NCBI RefSeq assembly: GCF_039654945.1
Contig: NW_027361696.1
Location: 37,634,001 to 37,698,000 of the forward strand
Direction of reading: 5' to 3'
DNA length: 64,000 nucleotides
Source: Dendrobates tinctorius
Taxonomy: Eukaryota
The first letter of the stretch is position 1; each line of letters opens with the position of its first letter. Both the position numbers and the translations under genes were made by a program. Positions 26,301 to 39,309 of the stretch are shown here, one piece after another. The notes below the pieces were generated by a model. It made no database searches. It was given only the letters and a program-made list of their open reading frames with translations, and was not told the origin of the DNA.

Positions 26301-27416
26301 AACTGGACACACTTGGTAAATAGCCATTATACATCGTACATCACTTATATTGCTTTATGCTTTTTACACATTTTCCTCATAATATTCCCAAGTGTAAGCA
26401 TCATTATCCTGTACCCCAAATTACAGTGTTGTTCAGGACCCCATTTGTCTGTTTCTTTTTATCCTGTGCCCCCAAGTGTCAATGTCATCATTCTCTACTT
26501 ATTAAAGCCTTTACTGTTTCATAAATATACTAAGACAGGGCGATATTGAAAAAGCCGTAGATAGACCACTTATAGAGCATAAATAAATGAACAGATATGA
26601 GATATTGATACAAACTTGAAGCAGATGACATCAATTGTCACTTTCTATGTAATAAATACATTCTTCAGAGGGATAAAGAAGGAGAGAAAATAACATTATT
26701 TTTTCTCTATCGATTATACATAATTTAAGTTCCAGATTAAATATTTGCTAATCATTGCCCTTTAAAAGAACCTGACAGGTTTTGGGCATATTGGTCTGGG
26801 ACACATCTGTTAGTGCACTTGTAGCATAACATTATGGAGGTCACTGTTATTATAATCCAATTGACCTAATAGAATTATCCATAAGAAACAAGAGACACTG
26901 CAGAGGTCACACTTTTGAGGAGCTTTCTAATTCCATCACCAATTTTGCATGAGAAGAGAGGAGCACAAACTGAGGATCCACCCAAGCCAACTGGTTACAC
27001 AGGGCATCTCATATGTTGATGACAGAGTTAACAGCCCCAGGATAAATTACTTGTATGAGGAAGTATGTTAATGAAATGGCTACAAAATAAGTTGACGTTC
27101 CCCATATATGTTTATAATCCTTGTCCAAACTCAACAAATGGCTGTATCCTGTCTCTTCCTTCACAAAAAAACATGTGACATAGGTGGGTAAGTAGATATG
27201 AAATAGAAAATAGGCAAATAAAACTGTGTAGATATTCAGTTAGAGCTGATTGCACGTCACAACAAGTCTGGTAATAGTAAAGAATCCATTGATAATGATT
27301 TTCTTCCTCCAAATTAAAAGCCACGGGGATCATAGAATCATAGAATCATAGAATCGTAGAGTTGGAAGGGACCTCCTGGGCCATCTGGTCCAACCCCCTG
27401 CTCAAAGCAGGATTCG

Positions 27417-30180
27417 CTAAATCATCCCAGTCAGATGTCTGTCCAGCCTCTGTTTGAAGACTTCCATTGAAGGAGAACTCACCACTTCTCGTGGCAGCCT
27501 GTTCCACTCATTGATCACTCTAACTGTCAAAAAGTTTTTTCTAATATCTAATCTGTGTCTCCTCCCATTCAGTTTCATCCCATTGCTTCTAGTCTTTCCT
27601 TGTGCAAATGAGAATAAAGTTGATCCTTCTACAATGTGACAGCCCTTTAGATATTTGTAGACAGCTATTAAGTCTCCTCTCAGTCTTTTCTTTTGCAAAC
27701 TAAACATTCCCAAATCCTGCAACCTTTCCTCATAAGACAGGGTTTGCAGACCGGTCACCATTCTGGTCGCTCTTTTCTGAACTTGCTCCAGTTTGTTGAT
27801 GTCTTTTTTAAAATGTGGTGCACAAAACTGGACACAATATTCCAGATGAGGTCTGACCAAAGAGGAGTAGAGGGAAATAATGACTTCACGTGATCTAGAC
27901 TGTATGCTTCTGTTAATACATCCTAGAATTGCATTTGCCTTTTTTGCTGCTGCATCACACTGTTGACTCATATTCAGTCTGTGATCTATTAGTATACCCA
28001 AGTCTTTTTCACATGTGCTGTCACTTAGCCCTATTCCTCCCATTCTATATATGCTTTTTCCATTTTTATTGCCCAGATGTAGTACTTTGCATTTCTCCCT
28101 GTTAAAAACCATTCTGTTAGTTGCTGCCCACTTCTCCAGTTTATTTAAATCTTTTTGAATCCTCTCTCTCTCTTCTCTAGTATTAGCTATCCCTCCTAGC
28201 TTTGTGTCATCAGCAAATTTAATCAGTTTACCCTCAATTCCTTCATCTAAATCGTTGATAAAGATGTTGAACAATACAGGGCCCAGGACAGAGCCCTGTG
28301 GTACCCCACTTGAGACATTCTTCCAACTGGATGTGCAGCCATTTACGACCACTCTTTGGGTCCGATCACTAAGCCAGTTATGAATCCACCTAACAGTTGC
28401 CTTGTCCATTCCATACTTAGTCATTTTTTCAATAAGGATTGTATGAGAGACTTTGTCAAATGCTTTGCTGAAGTCAAGATATACTATATCTACAGCATTT
28501 CCTTGATCCAACCAATCAGTGATACCGTCATAGAAGGAAATTAAGTTAGTCTGACATGACTTATTAGTTACAAACCCATGCTGACTCTGTTTAATCACTT
28601 CATTCTTATCCAGGTATTGACATACATGTTGTTTAATAATTTGTTCAAAGATCTTTCCTGGTATAGAAGTCAGACTCACCGGCCTATAGTTGCCTGGGTC
28701 CACCTTCTTCCCCTTTTTGAAGATAGGAACAACATTTGCTCTTCTCCAGTCTTCTGGCACTTCTCCTGTTCTCCAAGAATTTTCAAAGATTATAGAGAGG
28801 GGTTCAAAAATTTCTTCTGCTATCTCCTTCAGTACTCTGGGGTGTAATTCATCTGGACCTGGAGACTTGAATTCATTTAGGCTAGCTAAGTGTTTCCTCA
28901 CTATCTTTCTGTTTATAGATATCCTGGATTCTTCTATTCCCTTAATAGGACAGTGAATAACAGTTGATGTTACATTTCCTTTCTGAGAGAAAACAGATGC
29001 AAAATAGGAATTTAAAAGTTCAGCCTTCTCAACATCCTGTCTTACCATTTCATCATTTTCATCCTGTAAAAATCCTATAGCATCTTTGACTTTTCTTTTA
29101 CTTTTGACATATCCCCAAAATCCTTTATTATTGCTTTTGACATCTCTTGCAAGCCTCAATTCATTTTCAGCTTTAGATAATCTGATTTGTGCCCTGCAGG
29201 TTCTGCAGACAGCATTATATTCTTCTTTAGATATGCCTCCCTCTTTCCATTTTATAAACATTTTTTTCTTCCTTTTTAGCATGTGCTTAAGTTCTGTGTT
29301 CATCCATCCTGGTTTCCTTAACTGCTTCCTATTCTTCCCTCTTTTCGGAATTGTTAACAACTGTGCTTTGAGAATTTCATTTTTCAAGATTTCCCATCCT
29401 TCCTGGACATTTTTGTCTTTAAGGATATCCAGCCATTGGATCCCTCCAATTCTCTTTCTGAATCCCTTAAAATCTGCCTTTCTGAAATCTAACCTTGACG
29501 TCTGAGTCTTCACAGGTCTTCCGCCTCTAGTTATCCAAAATTCTAAAATAGCATGGTCGCTACCTCCTAGGGTCCCAGCCACTTTTACCTCCTCAACCAT
29601 TTCCTCCCTGTTTATAAGGATTAGATCCAAGGTAGCAGTTCCCCTTGTTTTCTCCCTTACCTTTTGGAAGATAAAGTTGTCAGCAAGAGAGGATAAGAAT
29701 TTCCTTGACCTGTTAGTTTTGCCTGAGAGAGATTCCCAACAAAAGTCTGGATAGTTGAAATCTCCCATGACAACTATGTCATATTTTTTGGAGAACTTGG
29801 CCATTTGATGCATAAAGAGTTCATCCATAGCTTCAGCTTGCACAGGCGGCCTGTAGTAAATGCCTACAATGGTGTCCTTTCCATTGTTCTGTCCTTGTAT
29901 TCTTACCCAAACAGTTTCCACAGAACTCCCAGTCTCTGAAGCTTCAATCTCTGTGCAGATTTACGCGTTTCTAACATACAATGCGACACCCCCTCCTCGT
30001 TTATCAAGTCTGTTTCTTGCAAATAAGTTGTATCCTTCTAGTCTTGTATTCCAATCATGTGTATTGTCCCACCAAGTTTCAGTGATTCCAATGACATCAT
30101 ATTTCTTTTCCTGTGTTAGTAGTTCCAATTCTCCTTGTTTGTTGCCCATGCTTTGTGCATTAGTACAGAAACATTTTAGT
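27417..30180 (-). pseudogene. CR1 ORF2 (APE endonuclease + reverse transcriptase) with one frameshift near 29961
   Basis: GITETWW and GGGVALYV in 29961-30149; MGDFN, SDH, YLDFSKAFD, GVPQGSVLGP and FADD in 27417-29921. Confidence 0.92.
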
Positions 30181-30328
30181 TTGTGATTGGTTTCTCTTTC
30201 TCCAATATTTTTATTAATTAGATTCTTTCATCTTTGTTCTTCCTTTCCACTTCTAATAGCAGAGTTCTCAATAGCATTTGTCAGGTGTATGGCTTTTTCT
30301 GGTCTTTTGCTTCCCTTCCCATGTTGTT

Positions 30329-31252
30329 CTAGTTTAAACCTCTCCTTACAAGTGTAGCAAGGCGACTTCCAAATACATGCTTTCCAGTCTTAGTAAGGTG
30401 CACCCCATCTCTAGCAAGTAGTCCATCATATAAGTAGTTCACTCCGTGATCCAGAAATCCAAATCGTTGCTGACGGCACCATCGACGTAGCCAGTTGTTC
30501 ACCTGCAGAATCTTATTCCACCTCCTTGTTCCATGGCCATCCACTGGGAGGATGGAAGAGAAGACCACCTGCGCTCCCAGTTCTTTCACTTTCTTGCCTA
30601 AGTCTTCAAAGTCTCTGCAGATGGTTTCCAGGTCGTTTCTTGCAGTGTCATTTGTCCCCACATGTAGTAGCAGGAATGGGTAGTCATCTGTAGGTCTGAA
30701 GAGTCCTGATATCCTGTCAGACACATCTTTAATTTTTGCACCTGTAAGACAGCACATTTCTCTTGAAGTTATATCCGGTCTGCAGATAGCGGCCTCAGTT
30801 CCTCTCAGCAGGGAATCCCCCATGACCACCACTCTCCGTTTCTTCTTCACAACATTTTTCTTTCTCCATCCAGGAGGACTCTGAAGGCGTACAAGGTTGC
30901 TGCTTGTTGGCAAAGTCTTATTCTGATGTATTTCTTCATTGTTTTCCTGCGTGAGAGCCTGGTACTGGTTTCTGAGCAGTATGGGTGCTGACTGCCTCCT
31001 GATCCTCCTGCTTCTCTGGGTCACATGTCTCCATTCCTCTGTTTCTTCAGGTGCACTTTGAATTTCTTCTCTTTCTGTAACATGAAGAGATAATTCTGCT
31101 CTGTCCAAGAACTCTTCACCTTCCTTAATGATCTTCAACGTAGCTAACCTCTCTTCGAGATTTTGCAACTTTTCCTCCAACAGGGACACAAGCTTGCATT
31201 TGTGGCATGTGAAGTTTGGCTTTTCCACTGGTAAGTCTGTGAACATGTAGCA
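30329..31252 (-). CDS. CR1 ORF1 (Zn finger/coiled coil + SGNH esterase-like), slightly 5'-truncated
   Basis: CxxC, GDS, HVGTND and DGVH motifs. Confidence 0.9.
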   Translation of the reverse strand, partial: CYMFTDLPVEKPNFTCHKCKLVSLLEEKLQNLEERLATLKIIKEGEEFLDRAELSLHVTEREEIQSAPEETEEWRHVTQRSRRIRRQSAPILLRNQYQALTQENNEEIHQNKTLPTSSNLVRLQSPPGWRKKNVVKKKRRVVVMGDSLLRGTEAAICRPDITSREMCCLTGAKIKDVSDRISGLFRPTDDYPFLLLHVGTNDTARNDLETICRDFEDLGKKVKELGAQVVFSSILPVDGHGTRRWNKILQVNNWLRRWCRQQRFGFLDHGVNYLYDGLLARDGVHLTKTGKHVFGSRLATLVRRGLN

Positions 31253-32636
31253 AGAAATTGTCAAAACTCAGTAATGTCAGCGATTGTGAAGGAATAAATT
31301 GTTCTGATGAAGAAGCTTGACAGAAAAGCAGGTATTTAACTTTATATTGATATAACCTACAAATCGATACAGTCATAGAGAAAAACAACATGGAAAAGAG
31401 ACAGAAATCAAGCTAATTTTACCTTGAGGTGCATACAAGTGAGATTAATATGAAACACATCAAGTTCTCCAAAGAAACCCATCAATATGAAGAAAATATA
31501 ATCTTTATATCGCAACAAGCTCAGAACTCAGCTGAAATTGTTGGCTAGCCTTTTAATTAGACACCATGGCGGTACCCCTTTATTAAGAAAATTATCACAT
31601 ATTAACATTAAGATTTTTTTCATCAAAAACAAATATAATTACATTTTACAATATTTTGTTGGGAAATACTGCAATAAGTTCAGGTAGTGCATGTGCTGCA
31701 AACCTGGGCCGACCACCTTTCATAATCCCAAAGCTTGAAATGATTTAGTATGTCATTATCAAGAAGAATGATTACACCAGAGACCATAGAAAGATGTGTC
31801 CTTGATAAAACAATGGCAGTTATTAATTTTGATGTTTTAGGTCTTGCATCTTCTACCCAAGATTAATAAATATCTTCCTACCTATTTAATAAATGAATTA
31901 TATATATTACAATTCTGCACTCATGCAAATGAAAATTAGAAGATGTTAGAGAGTAATGACTGCACCAAACTGAGCAACTTTTTAACTATCCATTATAAAT
32001 TCCTGCATAACTTATTGTAATACGCTTTTTACTTATCTTACACATCTATGTTGATTTTCACCTATCAAAAATAAATATTAGCAATATCTCTTACAATATG
32101 ACACAAAGAGGCATGAAACACATCACATAATTAGTTCCCATTTGTATCAGACTATTACTTTTTTATATAAATGATAAAAATTATATTATACATATGAGAG
32201 AAAGAAAAATTTTAAAAATATTTATAATTCTAAATTTAAACAAAATTTATAATTTGTCCCCGTTTCCCTCTCCAGAAACCAGTCAGGTATTGGTTGAATA
32301 GTTTGCCCTGCACTTCTGTATGTAATTATGTAATTGACCTGATAGAATAATGCTCAAAACAAAAGAGACTCTGCAGAGATCACACTTGTCAAGAGCTTTG
32401 TAATTTCATGAGCAACTCAGCATGAGAAGAGACATGAACATCCCCAGGATCCACCCAAGCCAGCTGTAGACACAGAGCATTTCATATGTAGATGACAGGG
32501 TTAATTGTCTGAAAAATAAATGTATCTGAAGCGTGATGTGAAATATATTTAAATAGATGAAAGATCCCCATATGTATTATAATTATTTTTCCAACTCCCT
32601 GATATCATGAATATTATCAGTATCAATCTTTTATTA

Positions 32637-33850
32637 TTGGTGCATACTCAGATTGGTCCAGGGTTACTAGTGGGGTACCACAGGGTTCTGTATTGGGCAA
32701 TCTTTTATTAATGGTGCATACTCAGATTGGGCCAGGGTTACCAGTGGGGTACCACAGGGTTCTGTATTGGGCCCCCTACTATTTAATATATTTATTAATG
32801 ATCCAGTGGATGGCTTACACAGTAAAATATCAGTATTTGCAGATGATACAAAACTATGTAAGGTAGTTAACACAAAGGAGGACAGTTTGCAACTACAGAC
32901 AGATTTGAGTAAATTGGAGAATTGGGCTGAAAAATGGCAAATGAGGTTTAACAGATAAGTGTAAGGTTATGCACATGGGAAGGAGAAACAGATGCTACAA
33001 TTACTTACTAAATGGGAAACTGCTGGGGAATCAGACATGGAAAAAGACTTAGGCATCTTAGTCAATAAGAAGCTAAATTGGAGTGCCCATTGTCAGGCAG
33101 CTGCCACCAAAGCAAATAGGGTCATGGGATGCATTAGGAGAGGTCTGGGGACACAAGAAGAAAACATAATTCTTCCTCTGTACAAATCACTCGTCAGACA
33201 ACACTTGGAGTATTGTGTGCAATTTTGGACACCGGTGCTCAAGAAAGGCATTACTGAACTTGAAAGGGTTCAAAGGCGGGCTACTAAAATGATAAATGGA
33301 GTTGGTTCACTACAATACCCAGAAAGGTTATCAAAATTAGGTCTATTTACTCTAGAAAAGAGAAGACTTAGGGGAGACCTAATATATATGTACAAGTATA
33401 TCAGAGGGCAATACAGAGATCTCTCCAATGAACTGTTTGTACCAAGGACTGTGACAAGAACAAGGGGGCATTCTCTTCGTTTGGAGGAAAGACAATCTCT
33501 GCACCAGCATAGAAGAGGGTTCTTCACGGTAAGAGCAGTGAGGCTCTGGAATTCTCTTCCTGAGGAAGTGGTGATGGCCAACTCACTAAATGAATTTAAG
33601 AAAGGAATGGATGCTTTTCTTGTGAGTAACAGTGTAGAATGTTACAAATAACAGAATATTATAGGTAGATGGTAGCTTAGGGGAAGGAATTTTTTCCCTA
33701 TGGAGAAAATTGGCTTCTACTCTGTGGGTTTTTTGCCTTCCCCAGGATCAACAATGCAGATCAACAATGCAGAATAGCTGCACTAAAAATAGGCTGAACT
33801 AGATGGACATAAGGTCTTCCTTCAGCCTTCAAAACTAGGCTACTATGTTA
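32637..33850 (+). mobile_element. 5'-truncated CR1-clade LINE of a different subfamily, decayed
   Basis: GVPQGSVLGPLLFNIFIND..FADD..LEYCVQFW..LEKRRLRGDL, frameshift near 32955, and a tandem duplication at the 5' junction. Confidence 0.9.
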
Positions 33851-35204
33851 GTTGGGAATCAGGATTGATAGGTAGAAATTGTATAAAGCATATAATATAC
33901 AGCATATCACAATTTTGTCGTTTTCTGAAATCATTACTGTTTCTAATACTTAAAATACAAATTTCAGTTCAAAATTATAGCTGTATGCGTGCACATATTT
34001 TAGGTGATGGATTCCACAGATGTGTAGGTCATTAGAAAAGGATCTTGGGTAGAAGATAGGCAAAAATATTAGATGATAGGTTCAATATATAGCTAGATAT
34101 GAGCGTTTCATACAAGATTGAAGACCTGAGACAGTCTTCAGTTCATCCTACAGTGTCCTGTATAGGGTCTATTTTTTCCAGTATTGCCATTTACCTGGGC
34201 AGAATCCTACACCACTCTGTAAATAATATATCCTCCTTTATCAAGGACATATTTTACTTTCTTACTATGATTTCTGATTTTATTGTTCTTGATAATGGCT
34301 ATGTAATATCATTTGAAATACTAAATCTTCAAACTTCTATGATTCATGACATAGGTTTGGCTAAGTTCATATGACATTATTTTTCAGCAATCATTTCAAT
34401 TTTCTCTTCTTTGATAATTGTTTTAAAAAAATGTCTTTGTTAAGATGTCAAATTTTATTTTAATGAAGGTAATGAAGGGGTACCACAATGGGGTCCAATG
34501 TGATGCTTATCCCAAAATTTCAGTCATTTCTGAGTTGATTACAACATATAGATATTATTTTTCTTACCTGGAAATGGTCAATATTCATTCTTTCTGTGAA
34601 ATTAAAACATCTATAAATTGTTCTAAAATAGAAATGCAAACTAATATAAATGTGATATACGATCGTGTTACAAAGAAAATCCATGGAAATTATGGAGTTA
34701 TGCTAGAGTGCCATTTCATAGGAGGAAGACATCATATATGCATCTCTACCTCCTGAAAAACATAACTGAAGTGGTGGGATACATAGATAAGGTCCTCATT
34801 AACTATAATTGCAAAATGCAGAAGCCACGCTGTCAACACTTTTTATTTGGCAGGATGTCTTCTACTTTAATTATTCTAACACATGAGCATCATTATTATG
34901 AATTTATGCACTTCACACCTTGTATGATGCATCACTGCATGTATTGCTATGGATTTTATATATTTTGCTGATTTATATTATATCTGCATTCGTTTGTACT
35001 TTTATGGATGTATTAATATACGACTTATGATTACTTTTGTATTATTAAACATTTCTACACCTTATTGACCTGGACAGCTACCTCTATATATTTATCATTA
35101 AAATATATAGACAAATTCATACAGATAGTTCAGACACTACATATCTACAATAATATAAACCAGAGTCTTCTAAGGAGAAGAGGAGCTTTATCAGGATGGT
35201 CTGC

Positions 35205-35857
35205 TGTCAGGAACACCGCACTGCACTTGCTCACTGAGCCAGGGCGCGTGTCCTGAGTACAAAGACTGTGCACAAAGATACCTGTGGAGCGAGCAGCAGT
35301 GGTGACAATGCATGCTCCAGGACCTGAATCACGTGACTGCTGGGGGTGTGGCCTAAGCTCCACAGAGCTAGGAGCTGCAGGGAAACTCCTAGAAGGGTAA
35401 CTACAGGACAATGTTACCAAGGAGCATAGACAGAGACAGACACCATATCAAGCCGGGTCAAAGCACGAGATAGCAGGACAGTACCAAAGGGATTAGACAG
35501 AAAGAATAGTCAGGACGTAGCAATAGATCAGAAAACCAGAACAGGTATTAGATGGTACAATAGGGTAAACTGTAACGGAGTAACGATAGCCAAGCCAGGA
35601 GGTCAGAACCAGAAAAGACAATGGTACCAAAAACGAGAGACGGAGTACAGAGTGAAGGAACAAGCCGGGTCATACACGGGAAGCAAACAAACAATGCAGA
35701 GTACACACACACCAGGGGTCAGACACACCAGAATAGCAGTATAACTGACAGAGAATGCCAGTATGGAGTGAGCATAAATACCCCTCCCAGATCCAAAGAG
35801 AGGCCGGCAATGTTAACCCTGTCAGAACAGGACATTAACCATGTCCTAACCATGACA
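35205..35857. mobile_element. Solo LTR
   Basis: TGTCA...TGACA termini with 5-bp TSD TCTGC. Empty site at ~21875 (TCTGCACTGTGTATCGG). Confidence 0.88.
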
Positions 35858-36344
35858 TCTGCACTGTGTATCGGAATCTTTTTTTTTACAACTGATAGAG
35901 GCAAAGCAAATTATTTTTATTTGAATTATTGCAGATATTGGGAACAATTTTATATTTTTGTAGATATATCTATACTTTTTTAATAATAGATCATTTGATG
36001 AACAAATTGCCTAAATATCGATTCACAATAGATATAAATGCAGATTGATTACTGTAATTAAATTAGTTTTTGCCATGTATACACCAGTAAATGATTACTC
36101 AGTAAATAGCAGGAAAGATAAATGTGATAAATAAAAAAAAATAAAAGATACATGACAGATAGATAGAAAAATCCTGACATATGACCATGGAGAGAGATTT
36201 GGAGGGAACCTTTTTTCTGAAAAGTTTTGTGTGAGTTCTTCACCTAATGAATAGACTTTTGCTATGTAAATCATATTTACTCTACCTGATACCCAAGATG
36301 GTGGAGACAATAACAGGAAACCATTCAGCCCCTACTCAGTCTGA

Positions 36345-36378
36345 TATAAAGTGGGTTCTTTGCGCTGCCCTCATACAT
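36345..36378 (+). promoter_or_regulatory. TATA box and initiator of paralog 2
   Basis: TATAAA at 36345 and CTCATAC 28 bp downstream; identical spacing in paralog 3. Confidence 0.7.
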
Positions 36379-36437
36379 TCTGGAAAAAACCCTTAAAAAA
36401 TCTTCTGCTACGCTTTAATCTTTGGAAGGAATAGATC

Positions 36438-36947
36438 ATGGATGAATCGTCAAGACCAGAAACTATCTCCTCTAACTGTGCCACTAACATAGAGGAAATA
36501 AAAGTGATAATATCAGTACGAAACCCTCATACACCAAGGAAGGAGGTTGCTGAATACTTGAGACGCTTCTGCATCGTGTTGAAAGGTCCCACCAAGATCT
36601 TAAATAATTTAGGCTTCTGGACTGGAAACTGGTCTGTCATGGTCAGACTGAGACAAGACCAGTACTTACCTTTTGGTGGTCTCATGCATTTACCAGAAAG
36701 ATGCACAATAGGAGACTCAGAAGCAATAATTTCTTATTCAGACAACTCATTGAGTGAGCATAGAAGGATGACAATGGAATACAAGGAGGACAGCATGACA
36801 AATCTCTGCGGCAGCTGCGTTGTGCAAGACTATATTTTCAAGGACTATCCTGGTGATATCAAGGAAATCCAGGACAGGACATCTAAAGCCCCCGTTACAC
36901 ACAGCAAGATAGCTAGCAATATCGCTGAAACGTCACAGGTTTTGTGA
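36438..36947 (+). CDS. Paralog 2 of the short ZCCHC3/Tx1-ORF1-like gene; C-terminus replaced by MITE sequence (probably disabled)
   Basis: RNPHTP..EVAEYLRRFCIVLKGPTKI.N.LGFWTGNWSVMVRLR..GGLMHLP. Native end at 37247-37280, predicted intron 37277-37642, AATAAA at 37808. Confidence 0.78.
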   Translation: MDESSRPETISSNCATNIEEIKVIISVRNPHTPRKEVAEYLRRFCIVLKGPTKILNNLGFWTGNWSVMVRLRQDQYLPFGGLMHLPERCTIGDSEAIISYSDNSLSEHRRMTMEYKEDSMTNLCGSCVVQDYIFKDYPGDIKEIQDRTSKAPVTHSKIASNIAETSQVL

Positions 36948-37243
36948 CGCAGCAGCGATATTGCTAGCGATATCGCTATGTCTGATACTTACCTGTGACC
37001 GGCCCCCCCGCTGGTTATCGCTGATCGCGCAAGAACGTCCTGGGCGCCGACAAGTGGCGCGTGGATGCGGGCGGGATGACGTCAGGATCGCCGCGTTTGA
37101 CAGGTAAGTAGCGACCCCCGATCGCTGCTATGTTGCTGTTGAGATCTGCCTGTGTGGCAGCTCACAAGCGACCACTTAGCGATGCACCAGCGATCCATAT
37201 CATTGTCTGGATCGCTGGTGCATGGCTTAGTGTAACGGTACCC
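36887..37243. mobile_element. Harbinger-type MITE inserted in the paralog 2 coding region
   Basis: TAA TSD at 36884 and 37244. Removing it restores TSKKAKKQKKSKR*. Confidence 0.9.
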
Positions 37244-38004
37244 TAAGAAAGCCAAGAAGCAGAAGAAGAGTAAAAGGTAAGAGGACAATGTCCTCCACCA
37301 TTCATTGCAAGGATCTCCAGATATCATGTATCTGTTCCTGAGTCAACTATGTAACAATGCACTTGATGTTAAACTTTTATATATTTTGAGTTTTCTTGGA
37401 AGCTACAATCCTTATAATCCACTGTGCACAATATAATGACTCAGAACTGATCTGTATGAGCTTGGGGATGAACATATCTTGTTACAATCACTTATATTGT
37501 GAGCCATCAGATCTAAAACTGGGCAATTTCAAAAAAATCAAGGCTGTCCAGAACATTTTACAAAATTATATATTTCATAATATTTTGCCTTTTGCTGCAT
37601 TTCATAGTAGTGTAATATGTACATTTCTTTTTTGTTCTACAGATAAATTATTTTTTTGCTGGTGGAGATAGCAGAAGGATCGGTGACTCCTAATTTGAGC
37701 CCCATATAATTCTGGATCCAGTTACTAAAGATTTCTTCCCATTTTGATGACACTGACGATACTTGGATCTTTGGGTATTTTCATTATTTTGTGACATTTG
37801 TTATTTCAATAAAACTTTAATTTCAAATAAAAATATGTCTTCCTTATGTCATGTGTCATCTTCATATTCTTCAAAAAGGTACGTTGTAATCATTGTTGGT
37901 CTGGTTCCTCTAAGCCTATCTGTTTTTTAAGTTATGATTGACTTTGGGTACAATGACTGGGGTGCTGAGACTTCAAGGTCATTATGTGCCTAAAGCTCCC
38001 ATCT

Positions 38005-38250
38005 CAAATAGCGAGATCGCTAGCGTGATAGATGTTGCGTCACCGATTTTGTGAAGCAACAGCGATCTCGCTACGTGTGACGAATAGTGGCGATTGGGCC
38101 CCTGCTGCGATGTCACTAATAATAAATATAATAATAATCTTTATATAGCGCTAACATATTCCGCAGCGCTTTACAGTTTGCACACATTTTCATCACTGTC
38201 CCCGATGGGGCTCACAATCTATATTCCCTATCAGTATGTCTTTGGAGTGT

Positions 38251-38281
<31 letters not shown>

Positions 38282-38631
38282 ACGCAAACACGGGGAGAAC
38301 ATACAAGGAAGATGTTGTCCTTGGTGGGATTCGAACCCAGGACTCCAGCGCTGCAAGGTTGCAGCGCTAACCACTGAGCCACCGTGCTGCCCCTAATTGT
38401 GCTCAAATGTCCTGGGCCATTTGACAGGGACAATGACGAATGACCTTAATACTACAGGTTTGAGAGACAGGGTCCCAACGACCATTGTATTGTTCCGTAT
38501 TGTTGCTGCATCGCTGGTGAGATCTGACTGTTTGACATCTCACCAGCAACCACGTAGTGACACACAAGCGATCCCTACTTGGTCATATCATTGTCGAGAT
38601 CGCTGGTGCGTCACCAAGTGTGAAGGTACCC
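38005..38631. mobile_element. Decayed Harbinger-type MITE containing a SINE
   Basis: AGCGAT/ATCGCT motifs; ends GTGTGAAGGTACCC followed by TAA. Confidence 0.6.
38117..38393 (-). mobile_element. tRNA-derived SINE
   Basis: 5' GGGGCAGCACGG, A box TGGCTCAGTGG, B box GGTTCGAATCC, (ATT)n-like tail. Confidence 0.9.
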
Positions 38632-38968
38632 TAATACAAGCCAGGCTGCACAACATATTCATGGGGCCATATCCACCTAATATCCTCCTCTCAGGTTCTC
38701 AGCAGGGAGCTAGGGGTCCCCCATTCTGTATTCAATATTCCTAAGAATTTTACATAACTGTATTCATAAACTACTGTAGTATAAGAGAACATGTGCACAA
38801 AACCACATGGAGGGCTCCCCAGACACATGTTATGCATCCTGATCTACTCCTTTAACAATAAATGATGGATATATCTGTCTTGAGCAGCTGCTGGATCCCA
38901 CATAGGAGACAATTCTGATCCAAGAAGTTAATGTGCTTTAGATGCAAGAGTCAATAGTTGGTTATAAG

Positions 38969-39309
38969 TAGAGATGAGCAAATTTGCTCGGGATCCCTCT
39001 TATTTGGCAAGTTATAGTGCTTGCCGAATAAGCTGCAGAGGGAACCCGGCTTCCTGGATCACATGGGCCAATCAGCTGATCGACACCGCAGCTGCATGTG
39101 TCACAGTCATGAAAAATGCATGAAGAGCCCAACACACAGATTCTCCATGCATGTGTCATGACTGTGACACATTCACAACACATGCAGCTGTGGCGCCGAT
39201 CAGCTAATTTGCTGGTGTGATCCAGGAAGATGGGTTTCTTATGCAGCTTATTCGGCAAGAGCTTTACCTTGCCGAATAAGAGAAAACCCACCAAATTCGC
39301 TCATCTCTA
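38969..39309. mobile_element. hAT MITE
   Basis: TIR TAGAGATGAGC...GCTCATCTCTA, TSD GTTATAAG/GTTGTAAG, palindromic body. Confidence 0.88.

Larger units (their letters stand above)
27331..31252 (-). mobile_element. Near-full-length CR1 LINE
   Basis: (ATTCTRTG)n 3' tail at 27331-27360, ORF1 and ORF2 present. Boundaries are defined by the empty site at ~4366 (GGGGAT|AGAAATTG). Confidence 0.96.

Noticed and set aside
38320-38393. tRNA gene
   Set aside because: The A and B boxes lead into a SINE body and tail, and I see no complete cloverleaf.
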